Shown here one piece after another: positions 31,454-41,765 of a DNA stretch of 64,000 bases. A program made the translations under genes and the position numbers. The notes under the pieces were generated by a model. The model made no database searches and had not been told where the DNA came from. It was given only the letters and a program-made list of their open reading frames with translations. The first letter of the stretch is position 1. Each line of letters starts with the position of its first letter. The DNA comes from a virus. Its lineage: Duplodnaviria > Caudoviricetes. The DNA lies in the IMG/VR virus record IMGVR_UViG_3300036773_000046, positions 15,067 to 79,066 of that record. The stretch is one strand, 5' to 3'.

Positions 31454-31978
31454 ATGGCGCTGATCGCGTTGACGATGTTCACCGCCGCCGCGTGCACTCC
31501 TACTAAGATCGACGTCGGCGGCGGCACGCCGCCCTCTGCGCCGATCCCCTTCGACCCAGACGTCGCCGCGTCGTGGCCCGCGCCCGACCAGTCGCTGACG
31601 CCGGGTGACGTGATACCCAGCTGCACCTACCCACGACCCGCGTCGCAACGGTACGTCAGCGCCGCGACGCGCAACGAGGCGATCAGTAGCTACGGCTACG
31701 TGGGCAGCACGGGCATCACACACGTTGAGTTGGATCACCGTGTGCCGTTCTCGCTTTGCGGCGGCAACGACGTGCGCAACGTCTGGCCCGAGCCCTACGA
31801 CGGCGTAAACACGTCGCTATACGTGCACAATCGCAAGGATCAGCTAGAGCTGTTCGTGGCACGGCAGGTTCGGGACGGCGGCTTCACGCTGACGTTCGCC
31901 CAAAACCTGTTCTTGAACGACTGGCGTGCGGCGTGGTGCGCCTACGTCGGCCCGCACTACCCAAGTATCAAGTGTTGA
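31454..31978 (+). CDS. Secreted/lipoprotein HNH-like nuclease
   Basis: Signal/lipobox-like N-terminus FTAAAC; ELDHRVPFSLCGGNDVRNVWPEP, KDQLE. Confidence 0.6.
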   Translation: MALIALTMFTAAACTPTKIDVGGGTPPSAPIPFDPDVAASWPAPDQSLTPGDVIPSCTYPRPASQRYVSAATRNEAISSYGYVGSTGITHVELDHRVPFSLCGGNDVRNVWPEPYDGVNTSLYVHNRKDQLELFVARQVRDGGFTLTFAQNLFLNDWRAAWCAYVGPHYPSIKC

Positions 31979-31988
31979 AAGGGAAGAC

Positions 31989-33086
31989 ATGACCGGAGTG
32001 TTACAGCAGTACGCCCGAGGAGTTGACTTCTCGGGTGCCAACGTCACACCCGCGCAGGTGAAGGCGAGTCCGTTTGGCTTCGTCGTTCGCTACAGCGCGG
32101 GCGCGTTCAGCCACGACTCAAGCATGCAGTGGAAGCTATGCGGCGTCAACGAGCTGCGTGACTTCGTGAAGGCAGGCGTTGACTTCATTGCGGTGGACGA
32201 GTCGTCCGCTGGTCGCGTCACCCAGGGTTACTCGGCTGGGTTGGCCGACGGCAAGGCGGTGCTGCCGTTCTGGAAGCATCGCGGCTACGCCTACGGTGGC
32301 GCGATCTTCGCGTCGTGGGACGAGGGTCAACCCAACGCCGCACTGCACGACGAGGTGATCGCCTACCTGCGTGGCTTCGGCAAAGGACTCGCGGGCTACT
32401 ACAACGTCGGGCTGTACGCCGGTGACGTGGTCATCAGGGCGGCGTTGAAGGCGGGCGTCATCGTCGCCGGTTGGCGTGCGGAGGCGGAGAGCTGGAGCAA
32501 CGACGAGCCCGTGGGCGCGGGTTGGTACCAGCCCGGTAGGCAGTGGAAGCAGGCGGCAACCGACGTGGCGAAGATCTCACCCGCCGCGTTCTGGCAGAAC
32601 GGCAACGTTGCGTTCAGCAACGGGGCGGATGAGGACGTCGTCTTGCGCACGTTCAGGTACTCGCACTTCGGCGTGCAAGGTTCGCCAACGCCGCCGCCTC
32701 CAACTCCAACGCCCACGCCCACTCCCAAGCCCAAGCCGCCGAAGGTCGGCTCGTACACCGTGCAGCCGAACGACACGCTCTCTGGCATCGCGGCGCACTT
32801 CCATACCTCGGTGTCCGCACTGGTGCGTCTCAACGCCGAGGCGCACCCGTCGTTGCGCTTCAACCCCGACCGACTGATCATCGGGTGGAAGCTGAAGGTG
32901 CACGGCACTCCTGTACGCGTGGCGCAAAAGAGCTACACCGTCAAGCAAAACGACACCCTGGGTAAGATCGCCGGCAAGTTCCACACCTCGGTCACGCAGC
33001 TGATCGCCTGGAACGTCCACGAGCACCCAACGCTGCGGCACCACGCCGATCACATCGAAGCTGGGTGGAAGCTTCGAGTCTCGTAG
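31989..33086 (+). CDS. Endolysin: DUF1906/GH25-like glycoside hydrolase + PT linker + 2 LysM
   Basis: GVDFS...FVVRY catalytic barrel, PTPTPTPTPKP linker, YTVQPNDTLSGIAAHF and YTVKQNDTLGKIAGKF. Confidence 0.85.
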   Translation: MTGVLQQYARGVDFSGANVTPAQVKASPFGFVVRYSAGAFSHDSSMQWKLCGVNELRDFVKAGVDFIAVDESSAGRVTQGYSAGLADGKAVLPFWKHRGYAYGGAIFASWDEGQPNAALHDEVIAYLRGFGKGLAGYYNVGLYAGDVVIRAALKAGVIVAGWRAEAESWSNDEPVGAGWYQPGRQWKQAATDVAKISPAAFWQNGNVAFSNGADEDVVLRTFRYSHFGVQGSPTPPPPTPTPTPTPKPKPPKVGSYTVQPNDTLSGIAAHFHTSVSALVRLNAEAHPSLRFNPDRLIIGWKLKVHGTPVRVAQKSYTVKQNDTLGKIAGKFHTSVTQLIAWNVHEHPTLRHHADHIEAGWKLRVS

Positions 33087-33096
33087 GAAGTGGATC

Positions 33097-33762
33097 ATGC
33101 TGGTGCAGCGAGGTGAGATCAAGTTGGCGTGCGTGTGCGGTCCGTTCATCGTCAACGGCAACGTATACCCTCGCCCGCCGTTTCGACACTTGATCACCAC
33201 CTGCCCGGACTACCGACGCACCTGGTCTTTGCCACCGAAGGATCCGAAGGTTGGCGACCTGGTGGACGTGCACGGGTCGCTGGCCGTGGTCACCGAGATC
33301 GTCGCGGGTACGAACTACGAGGTGGTGATGGAGCCGTGAAGGTTGGAGATCGCGTACACTCGAACGAACTTAGCGGCACCGTGAACCGTGTCGAGGTGCG
33401 TCGGATCATCAACGGCCGCGGCTCGGTGTACGTCGAAGAGATCTACGTCACGTGGGCGGGCGGTCTTCCCGACCCACCGCCGTTCGAGAGACGAGATCAA
33501 CGCCCTTGATACGTTGCGATAGCTAGGAAACGTTGAAGGATGATAGGTGCCACCACCATCCCCGCAGCTTCGGCAGGTGAGCGTGAGCTTAGGCACACGC
33601 GCGCTGCCCGACGTGAAGGCGGCGGTGGATCACGCGACACAGAACAAAGATCATGACCCGATCGTGTTCTTGATCTTAACCGACCAAGGACAGCAGCAGA
33701 CCAGGTGGTATTGCGAGAAGTGTATGCAGATCAACGGCCTACCGTACTTTGGGACCTCGTAA
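33097..33762 (+). CDS. Small hypothetical genes (33097-33339, 33336-33509, 33547-33762)
   Basis: Short tandem ORFs in operon orientation. Confidence 0.4.
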
Positions 33763-33763
33763 C

Positions 33764-34699
33764 GTGTTGATAATTTTGGAAGGACCTGATGGGAGCGGCA
33801 AAAGTACCCTCGCTAAGCTGATATTCGATCACCTAAACGAGACGCTGCCGGGTGATCACGTCGAGCTACTGCACAAGGGTCCGCCGCACGTGCACCCACT
33901 TAAGGAGTACGAGGCGCCGATCTTCTGGATGCGCGACTACCGACCGGGAACCAGCGAGCACCTCATCTGCGACCGATGGCACCTGGGCGAGGTGATCTAC
34001 CCGGCGGTGTTGGATCGCCCATCCGCGATGACGCCCGAGGTGTTGTGGCACATCGAGATGTTTCTGCGGTCGCGAGGCGCGCTGATCGTTCACGTGGATG
34101 AGCACACCGACACGCTGATGGAGCGGGTACGCACGCGAGGCGACGATCTTATCAATCCCGATCAGCTGCAGGACATCCGTCGGCGGTACTACGACGTGCT
34201 GGCTGATTCGATGTTACGTACCACGATGAGTCGACGACCCGAAGAGATCGTGAAGATCGCCCAAGAGCTAGACGCGATCTCGTCTCACCTGAATAACTTC
34301 GGCACGTACGTCGGACCACGGTACCCCGACGTCTTGCTGTTTGGCGAGGTACGCAACGTCCCTCAGCTGGTGCTGGATCGGCCAACGCCCGCCTTCATGC
34401 CCTACCCCGCGACGTCGGGTGCGTACCTGCTACGTTCGCTGCTCAACTGCCCAGAGAAGCGCGACAAGATCGGCGTTGCGAACGCATGCGACCGTGACGA
34501 CCCGTTCGACTTGTGGTGGGAGTTGGGTCAGCCCTTCGTCGTGTCGCTAGGCGCGAAGGCGACGTTGACGCTGCGACGCAAGGAGATCTTCGTCTCACGG
34601 GTGGTGAATCACCCACAGTACGTGAGACGCTTCAAGTCAAGATTCGGCGCGCAGTACGCACGACAGATTCTCTACGGCGAGGAGCCGACGTGGAGTTAG
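33764..34699 (+). CDS. dNMP (thymidylate-like) kinase fused to a uracil-DNA-glycosylase-fold domain
   Basis: LEGPDGSGKST, ICDRWHLGE, RVRTRGD; C-terminal LLFGE, SGAYLL, VVSLGAKA, NHPQY. Confidence 0.7.
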   Translation: MLIILEGPDGSGKSTLAKLIFDHLNETLPGDHVELLHKGPPHVHPLKEYEAPIFWMRDYRPGTSEHLICDRWHLGEVIYPAVLDRPSAMTPEVLWHIEMFLRSRGALIVHVDEHTDTLMERVRTRGDDLINPDQLQDIRRRYYDVLADSMLRTTMSRRPEEIVKIAQELDAISSHLNNFGTYVGPRYPDVLLFGEVRNVPQLVLDRPTPAFMPYPATSGAYLLRSLLNCPEKRDKIGVANACDRDDPFDLWWELGQPFVVSLGAKATLTLRRKEIFVSRVVNHPQYVRRFKSRFGAQYARQILYGEEPTWS

Positions 34700-35523
34700 T
34701 GATCAAGGACCTTCGCGAGGACTACGTCAAGATCTGTCGTGACGTGGTGACGTACGGCGAGATGGTCTACGGACGTGGCACGGCGACGAAGGAGTGGACG
34801 GGCGTCACGCTACTGTGTCCCGACCCGACCGTCCCGCTGCTGCCCGTCGGCGTCGGACGTCGCGTCAACCTGAAGCTCGCGGCGCTTGAGGCGCTGGGCA
34901 TGATCGCCGGTGAGTGGCCGTGGGACTTGATCACGCGGGTGGCGCCTCTTTACTCGTCTGTGCTGGTGTCGGGTGACGACCCAGGCGCCGCACAGTACGC
35001 CGCGTATGGACCGCGCATTTCGCGGCAACTACCCGTCGTGCTCGACATGCTGCGGGAAGACAACGCGACGCGGCAGGCGGTCTTGCAGATCTGGAAGCCG
35101 GAAGATCTCACGCACCAGGGCGACCGTCCTTGCACGATCTCTCTGCAGTTCTTACGTCGCAACGCAAAGCTAGAGTGTCACACGTACATGCGATCTCAGG
35201 ACGTGTGGCTTGGACTGGCGATGGACGTGTTCGTGTTCACGCAGCTACAGCTGACGATGGCGGCGGCGTTGGGCGTCTCACCCGGCAAGTACGTGCATCA
35301 CGTCGGTAGCCTACACGCGTATCAACGCGACTTCGAACGCATCCACGAGATGGCTGAACACCCGATCTCAGCGGCGGTCGACGAGTTGCCGCAGGGCTTA
35401 CGCGTCGTGAAGAACCCGCAGATCATGGCGAGCCTGATCTTAGCAGGCTCGGCGCAGTCGTCGGACAACGAGTGGTACCTACGCCAGATGGCACTGATCA
35501 GGAAGATCAAGACGAATGCTTGA
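34690..35523 (+). CDS. Thymidylate-synthase-family enzyme, probable dCMP hydroxymethylase
   Basis: YGPR, TRQAVLQIW, catalytic PCT, RSQDVWLGLAMD with Asp where E. coli ThyA has Asn177, SLHAY. Confidence 0.75.
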   Translation: MELVIKDLREDYVKICRDVVTYGEMVYGRGTATKEWTGVTLLCPDPTVPLLPVGVGRRVNLKLAALEALGMIAGEWPWDLITRVAPLYSSVLVSGDDPGAAQYAAYGPRISRQLPVVLDMLREDNATRQAVLQIWKPEDLTHQGDRPCTISLQFLRRNAKLECHTYMRSQDVWLGLAMDVFVFTQLQLTMAAALGVSPGKYVHHVGSLHAYQRDFERIHEMAEHPISAAVDELPQGLRVVKNPQIMASLILAGSAQSSDNEWYLRQMALIRKIKTNA

Positions 35524-35947
35524 AACGAGAACACGGCCCAGCGAGGACGAGGTGCTACTGCACGTCGCCTACGCCATCGCCGCGCGCGGTACCTGCCCGA
35601 ACCTACAGGTCGGCGCGGTGATCGCCCGCGACGGTAGGATCTTGAGCACCGGGTACAACGGCGTGCCGTCTGGCTTCGAGCATTGCACGCACCCGAGGCG
35701 GCAGCCGGGCGACCCGATCGTGAAGTGTGGCGCCATCCACGGCGAGGCTAACTCCATCGCGTGGGCGGCGCGCAACGGAGTGTCAACCGTTGGTGCGACG
35801 ATGATCTGCACCGACACGCCGTGCTGGACGTGCGCTCAGATGATCGTGCAGGCGGGAATCGTGCGCTTTGTTGCGGATAGAGAGTACCGGCGAACCGAGG
35901 GTGTGGACCTACTGCGGCAGGCGAACGTGCAGGTGGCAATGCTGTGA
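35516..35947 (+). CDS. dCMP deaminase
   Basis: QVGAVI, STGYNG, HGEANSI, TPCWTCAQMIVQAGI. Confidence 0.9.
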   Translation: MLETRTRPSEDEVLLHVAYAIAARGTCPNLQVGAVIARDGRILSTGYNGVPSGFEHCTHPRRQPGDPIVKCGAIHGEANSIAWAARNGVSTVGATMICTDTPCWTCAQMIVQAGIVRFVADREYRRTEGVDLLRQANVQVAML

Positions 35948-35962
35948 CGTTGGTGTTGATTA

Positions 35963-37858
35963 GTGGGTGACATCATACCCCTGCGTCCCAATGAGAACAC
36001 GATCGTTGGGCAGGGGTATCGACCCTTAGGTGAGGCGCGTGCGCACCTCGTCGAAACCACCGACGACGCGTTCGAGTTGCTACGGTGGCTCAGCACGAAG
36101 ACGGAGATCGCCCTCGACACGGAGACCACCGGCATCGACCGTCAGAAAGATCGTCCACGCATGGTCCAGATCGGCGACGAGATGGACGGCTGGGCGATCC
36201 CGTTCGAGCGCGCCGCGTTCATCGTCGATGACGTCGTACGCCGCTTTGAGGGCGAGTACGTGATGCACAACGCGACGTTCGACGCGCACATGCTCGAGTT
36301 TCGCGGCGCCGTCAAGCCCATACCCACCAACAAGATTCACGACACGCGCATCATGGCGCACGTGCTGTCGTCCACCGGACCACTCGGCCTCAAGCCTCTC
36401 TCCCAGCGCTTTGTGGACGCGGGTGCCACCGCCGCGCAGGAGGCGCTGAACGACGGCATTGGCAAGCACGGCGGGTGGACGTGGGCAAACGTGCCAGTTG
36501 ACTACGAACCCTACTGGGTGTATGCCGCGTTAGACACCGTGTTGACCAAGCGATTGAAAAATCACTTGTGGCCGCAGGTGCAGACCATCGCGCCCAACTC
36601 GTACTCTCTCGAGATGCTCGTCATGTGGGTGTGCGCGAAGATGGAACGTAAGGGCGCGAAGATTGACCGCCAGTACACCCAGGAGTTCAGCGACAAGCTC
36701 GAGGTGTACGCGGGCCAGGTTGAGGACTGGGTGCGACAACACTACGGCGCCAGCGCGGGATCCGACGAGGCAATCGTTGCGATCTTAGAACGTGAGGGCG
36801 TGCCGCTGTGGAAGCGCACGCCGTCGGGCAAGCGGTACTCGCTCGACAAGGAAGTGATCGGCGAGATCGAGCACCCATTGGCGAAGGCGGTGCAGGGTCG
36901 CCGGCAAGCCGTGAAGATCATGTCCACCTACCTACGGCACTACCTACTTGAGACCGACGCGAACGACCGTGTGCACCCGTCGATCAACACCGTCGGCGGC
37001 ACCAGCAAGAGTCCCTTCGAGTCGGGCGGCGCGCGTGGCGTGCGCACGGGTCGTATGTCGATGGACTCGCCCAACCTGCAGAACGTACCCATCCGCACCA
37101 AGGAGGGTAAGAAGATCCGCAACTGCTTCATCGTGGACGACGAGGAGACGTGGATCAAGTGCGACTTCGATCAGATTGAGATGCGTCTGTTCGCGCACAT
37201 CGCGGATGACAAGGCGCTCATCGACGCGTTCGTGCAGGCGCACATGGGCGGTGTCGACATGTTCACCCGCGCCTGCCGCGACATCTTTCAAGATCAAGCA
37301 ATCTTAAAGAGCGACGACCGACGGCAGTACGTGAAGAACGGGTTCTACGCGATCTTATACGGCGCGGGTCTCGAGCAGTTCGCGAAGACGGCGGGCATCA
37401 GGCATCCCGACGGCGCTCCCGATCTTGGCTCGGCGAACGCGTTCCTCGTGCAGCTACACCGACGATATCCCGGCATCAAGCAGCTGCAGGCGATCACCGA
37501 GCAGGATGCCATGCAGCGACTGGCAAGTGAGGGTGAGGCGTACGTGGAGTCTCCGTTGACGCGTCGTCGATTCGTCGCCGACCGTGGTCGCGAGTACGCG
37601 CTCATGAACTACATGGTGCAGGGCGCCGCGGGTGAGATCTTGAAGATGAAGATTGTGCAGGCGGACATGGCCGGGCTGGGCGACTACATGCTCTTTCCGG
37701 TTCACGACGAGATCGACTTTGCGATCCCGACGAACGACCTACCCGATGCGACGCAGACGATCAAAGAAGTAATGAACGACGACGAGTTGCTCTCCGTGCC
37801 CGTGACCTCGACGATGTCGCTGGGTGATCGCTGGGGCGACGTGAAGGATGAAGAATGA
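35963..37858 (+). CDS. polA: DNA polymerase family A with 3'-5' exonuclease
   Basis: LDTETTG, HNATFD, HDTRIM, TGRMS..SPNLQN, DFDQIEMR, RQYVKNGFYAILYGAG, NYMVQG.A, VHDE. Confidence 0.95.
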   Translation: MGDIIPLRPNENTIVGQGYRPLGEARAHLVETTDDAFELLRWLSTKTEIALDTETTGIDRQKDRPRMVQIGDEMDGWAIPFERAAFIVDDVVRRFEGEYVMHNATFDAHMLEFRGAVKPIPTNKIHDTRIMAHVLSSTGPLGLKPLSQRFVDAGATAAQEALNDGIGKHGGWTWANVPVDYEPYWVYAALDTVLTKRLKNHLWPQVQTIAPNSYSLEMLVMWVCAKMERKGAKIDRQYTQEFSDKLEVYAGQVEDWVRQHYGASAGSDEAIVAILEREGVPLWKRTPSGKRYSLDKEVIGEIEHPLAKAVQGRRQAVKIMSTYLRHYLLETDANDRVHPSINTVGGTSKSPFESGGARGVRTGRMSMDSPNLQNVPIRTKEGKKIRNCFIVDDEETWIKCDFDQIEMRLFAHIADDKALIDAFVQAHMGGVDMFTRACRDIFQDQAILKSDDRRQYVKNGFYAILYGAGLEQFAKTAGIRHPDGAPDLGSANAFLVQLHRRYPGIKQLQAITEQDAMQRLASEGEAYVESPLTRRRFVADRGREYALMNYMVQGAAGEILKMKIVQADMAGLGDYMLFPVHDEIDFAIPTNDLPDATQTIKEVMNDDELLSVPVTSTMSLGDRWGDVKDEE

Positions 37859-38625
37859 CTGATCTTGAAGTGCAGCTGGTCGCAACCACGCAGTTCCACT
37901 TGCCGGTAGGCGTGCCGTGGAAGCCTGACATCGCGTCGGCAAGCTATCAATACAGCGACGATCCTGCCTACCTGATCGAGTTCGCAGGACGTGCGTGTTA
38001 TCAGTCGTGGAACCGCCCCAACGTGAATACCGCAACCGTCGCCGGGTACATCGCTCATCTCATTGAGGTGGGCCACCTGTCAGTGCTGGAGCACGCGTCG
38101 GCATCGTTCTACATTCGTGGGATCACGCGTTCATTGTCACACGAGCTGGTGCGCCACCGACACTTTAGTTACTCACAGCTGTCGCAGCGGTACGTGGACA
38201 GCGGCGGCACCGAGTTCATCATGCCACCCGAGGCGGTCGGTGACGCGTTCCTCGAGGCGATCATCGCCGATCACCACGAGAAGTCGTTGGCGACGTACGA
38301 TGACATCGTGAATCACCTCATGGAGAAGCTGAAAGACGAACCTGGAACGTCGGTGGAACGGCGTAAGCGTGCACGGCAGACGGCACGTGCAGTGTTGGGC
38401 AATGACGTCGAAACGCAGATCGTCATGACTGGCAACTACCGCGCGTGGCGACACTTCATCCGCATGAGAGCAACGGCGGGTGCAGACACCGAGATCCGAA
38501 AGCTAGCCGTCAAGATCTTACTGCGCCTACAAGAGTTTGATCCCGCGGTGTTCGGCGACTTCACGTTAGACACGCATACTGACGGCACGCTGATCGCTTC
38601 AACCGAGGTGGGGCAAGAACAATGA
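37855..38625 (+). CDS. thyX: Flavin-dependent thymidylate synthase
   Basis: EFAGRACY, HLSVLEH, ELVRHRHFSYSQLSQRY, TGNYRAWRHF, EIR. Confidence 0.95.
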   Translation: MTDLEVQLVATTQFHLPVGVPWKPDIASASYQYSDDPAYLIEFAGRACYQSWNRPNVNTATVAGYIAHLIEVGHLSVLEHASASFYIRGITRSLSHELVRHRHFSYSQLSQRYVDSGGTEFIMPPEAVGDAFLEAIIADHHEKSLATYDDIVNHLMEKLKDEPGTSVERRKRARQTARAVLGNDVETQIVMTGNYRAWRHFIRMRATAGADTEIRKLAVKILLRLQEFDPAVFGDFTLDTHTDGTLIASTEVGQEQ

Positions 38626-38790
38626 GGAAGTTTCGCAAGGAGTACATGCTTAAGTTACCCGCGCACGAGCTACGAAAGCTTCACGCCCAGATGCAGTACG
38701 ATCTCGAGTACCTCGAGCAAGAGCGCCGTAGGGCGCGTGAGAACCTCGAGCTGGTGCGTGACGCGTTGCGCGTGAAGGGAGTGATCATCG

Positions 38791-39051
38791 GTGGTTGACG
38801 CCGAGAAACGTAGCACCACCGGTAACGAGATCGACGCAGGCGGCGTGGATCATCCTGCGCACTACAACCAGCATCCATCTGGCGTCGAGTGCGTCGACAT
38901 CGTGCGGCACCATGATTTCGATATCGGTAACGCGATCAAGTACCTGTGGCGGCAAGGACTGAAGGACGGCGAGCCCAGCGTGCGCGATCTTCGTAAGGCG
39001 ATCTGGTACATTGAGGATGAGATCAAGATGATCGAGAGTAAAGATGCCTAG
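38791..39051 (+). CDS. DUF3310 family protein
   Basis: VDHPAHY...GNAIKYLWR.G.K...DLRKAIWYI. Confidence 0.85.
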   Translation: MVDAEKRSTTGNEIDAGGVDHPAHYNQHPSGVECVDIVRHHDFDIGNAIKYLWRQGLKDGEPSVRDLRKAIWYIEDEIKMIESKDA

Positions 39052-39359
39052 GACGACGGTCGGCAAGATCGGCTTTCTCTGGGTTGCCGCGGTGATCAAC
39101 GACTTCGATCAGCTGCGTGACATACGCATCGGCTTTACTGCCGAACACGCGTTACGCCGTACACTGAAGGTGCATGGACGATGACGCCACTTGAGCAGGC
39201 TGAGACACTCGAGGCGCGCGCAGCGTTTCTCGGCGACGTACGCATCCCGATTGAGCAGCGATTGAACGTCGTCGAGATTGAACGCACCGTGCTCGCGTTA
39301 CGTGGCGCAGCGGACACTCTTCGTTTAGTTCATCGGCACGATCTTGAGAGGTTGCAGCA

Positions 39360-39830
39360 GTGACACGCATCGTTGTGGGCGTTGACCCAGGTGACAGCAC
39401 CGGAGTGGCGATCTTCAAAGACGGCGAGTTCGTGTCGGCGCATCAGGGACCGCCGGGCGACATGATCACCCTCGTCGAGTTTATCGTGAAGAAGGTCGCG
39501 GGCAACGACAGCTGTTGCGTCGCCGTTGAACGGTTCGTGCAGGGCGGTCGCGTCGCGCACTCGCACCAGCCAGTCGCGCAGCAGGTGGTCGGCGCCGTCG
39601 TTTCGCTTTGCGAAAAGTACGGCATACCTACGACGATGCAGGGACCGGCGGACGCACGTGCGGTCGCGTCGAACGACACGCTGCGTGCGATGGGTTTGTG
39701 GCAGACGAAGAATGACGTGGATCGGCAGGATGCGAACGACGCGAACTCGGCGGTGCGTCACGCGTTGCTGTACATGGCCGGACACTACGCCACGGACTTC
39801 ATCAAGCTACGGCAGCGTGCGGGAACTTGA
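39360..39830 (+). CDS. RuvC-like Holliday junction resolvase
   Basis: VGVDPGDSTGVA, VAVERF, DANSAVRHAL. Confidence 0.7.
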   Translation: MTRIVVGVDPGDSTGVAIFKDGEFVSAHQGPPGDMITLVEFIVKKVAGNDSCCVAVERFVQGGRVAHSHQPVAQQVVGAVVSLCEKYGIPTTMQGPADARAVASNDTLRAMGLWQTKNDVDRQDANDANSAVRHALLYMAGHYATDFIKLRQRAGT

Positions 39831-39857
39831 TACGTTGATCGTCCAACGAAGGGAATC

Positions 39858-41765
39858 ATGGTTCACGCAACGCTGAGTGCGGCGAAGGACGCCATCAAGC
39901 TCGATTTAGCTTGGAATGAAATCGAGTTGGCGAAGATGCTGCCCGGCTCAAGCTACTCAGGACGCACCAAAGAGTGGACCGTGCCGTTGACGTGGGCGGC
40001 GATGATTCAGCTACGCAACCAGTTCAGAGAGAGCTTCACCTACGGTCAAGATCTGATCGACTGGACGTGGGAGGTGCGCCAGCACCGCGTCGATCCCGCG
40101 CTTGAGCTGCGTAACGTCATCGAGTGGCCCGACGACGAGCAGCAAGATCTCTACGAGTTTCAGCGTGCGGGCGTGAAGTGGATGCTCGTCGCGCAGAGTG
40201 GTCTCTTGGGTGACGAGCTGGGCGTCGGTAAGACGCCACAGGCACTCGTGTTCTTACAGGTGACGCAGGCCCTACCCGCCGTGATCATCTGTCCTAACCG
40301 TGTAAAGTGGCACTGGGCGTCGCGGCTACCACGTTGGTGTCCGGGCGCGGTGCCCTACGTGCTCGACGGCAGCGCGGGTGCGCGACGTAAGATCTTGAAG
40401 GCGGCCGCCGAAGATCCGATGGCCGTCGTGATCGTCAACTTCGAGGGTGTGCGCGCGTTCAGCCGGTTGGCACCCTTTGGCAACATCAAGCTGAAGCGGT
40501 GCAAGGAGTGCGATCCCAGGTGGGGCGACGGCATCAAGCCGTCGCAGTGTCACGTGCATCCCAAGGAGCTCAACGGCTTTGGCTTTGCCACGGTGATCAT
40601 CGACGAGGCTCATCGTATTGGCGACCCAAAGACGTTGACGACGCGCGCCGCCTGGGCCATCACACACGATGAAAGCGTGCGTTACCGCTGGGCGTTGACC
40701 GGAACGCCCGATAACGTCAAGCGGCTGTGGTCGATCATGCACGCCGTGCAGCCTAACGAGTACCCGACGCGGTCGAAGTGGATGGACCGCTACGCGCTGG
40801 TGGCGTGGAACGCGTACGGCGGGCAAGACGTCGTCGGCCTGCGACCCGACACTCGTGAAGAGCTGTACCGGATCTTGGACCCACGCTTTAGGCGCATGAT
40901 CAAGTCCATTGTGCTGCCGCAACTGCCGCCCATTGTGCGCAAGGCTGAGTTCTCTGAGCTCACACCCGCGATGCGTAAGTCGTACGAGGAGTTGGAGCAA
41001 CAGCTGTTCACGATGCTGCCCAACGGCCAGTCGTTCATCTCGCAGAACAAGCTCGTGTCACGCACCCGCCTCATGCAGTTCGCCGCGGGATCCGTCGAGG
41101 TGGATAAGGAAGACGAAGACGACGTCTCGACGTGGAAGGTCAAGATCCTTGAGCCGTCGCCGAAGCTGGACACGTTTCAAGAGATCATCGAAGACATGCG
41201 ACCTGGGCGTCCGTTCGTCGTCGCGTGTGAGTATCGTGACGTGGTGGACATGGCGGCGGAGCGGCTGTCGAAGCTCGGCATCCGACACGCGATGATCGTC
41301 GGCGGCGTGCACCCACGCGCCGCCGAGGAGGCATGCGTGGCGCTACGGTCAGGCGCGGTGCAGGGATTGATCTTCACGCACAAGGCGGGCGGCACCGGCC
41401 TCGACATGTCGGGTGCCGACCTGATGATCATGTTGCAGCGGTCGTGGTCGTTCATCGAGAACGTGCAGACTGAAGGGCGTGCGCACCGGATCGGCAGCGA
41501 GGTGCATGAGTCGGTGGAGATCATCGACGTCGTGACTCGTGGCACTCGTGAAGAGCGGCAGATCGAGGTGCTGTACCAAAAGCTTGAGCAGTTCGAAGAG
41601 ATCGCCCGCGACCGCAAGCAGGTGCAGGAACAGATCTTGAGGACTCCGTTCACCAGTGAGGAATTCGCACGATTGGTTGCTAGATTGGATCAACTGAACG
41701 CCGCGCAAGAGAAGCTCATGCGGAATGATGACCTAGAAATGTTACTCCAGCAGGAGGAGTTGTGA
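39858..41765 (+). CDS. SNF2-family helicase
   Basis: DELGVGKT, IIDEAH, LTGTP, AGGTGLD, QTEGRAHRIG. Confidence 0.9.
   Translation: MVHATLSAAKDAIKLDLAWNEIELAKMLPGSSYSGRTKEWTVPLTWAAMIQLRNQFRESFTYGQDLIDWTWEVRQHRVDPALELRNVIEWPDDEQQDLYEFQRAGVKWMLVAQSGLLGDELGVGKTPQALVFLQVTQALPAVIICPNRVKWHWASRLPRWCPGAVPYVLDGSAGARRKILKAAAEDPMAVVIVNFEGVRAFSRLAPFGNIKLKRCKECDPRWGDGIKPSQCHVHPKELNGFGFATVIIDEAHRIGDPKTLTTRAAWAITHDESVRYRWALTGTPDNVKRLWSIMHAVQPNEYPTRSKWMDRYALVAWNAYGGQDVVGLRPDTREELYRILDPRFRRMIKSIVLPQLPPIVRKAEFSELTPAMRKSYEELEQQLFTMLPNGQSFISQNKLVSRTRLMQFAAGSVEVDKEDEDDVSTWKVKILEPSPKLDTFQEIIEDMRPGRPFVVACEYRDVVDMAAERLSKLGIRHAMIVGGVHPRAAEEACVALRSGAVQGLIFTHKAGGTGLDMSGADLMIMLQRSWSFIENVQTEGRAHRIGSEVHESVEIIDVVTRGTREERQIEVLYQKLEQFEEIARDRKQVQEQILRTPFTSEEFARLVARLDQLNAAQEKLMRNDDLEMLLQQEEL

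Noticed and set aside
34690-35523. Ordinary thyA
   Set aside because: Asp replaces the dUMP-specifying Asn and ThyX is present, so the symbol was withheld.
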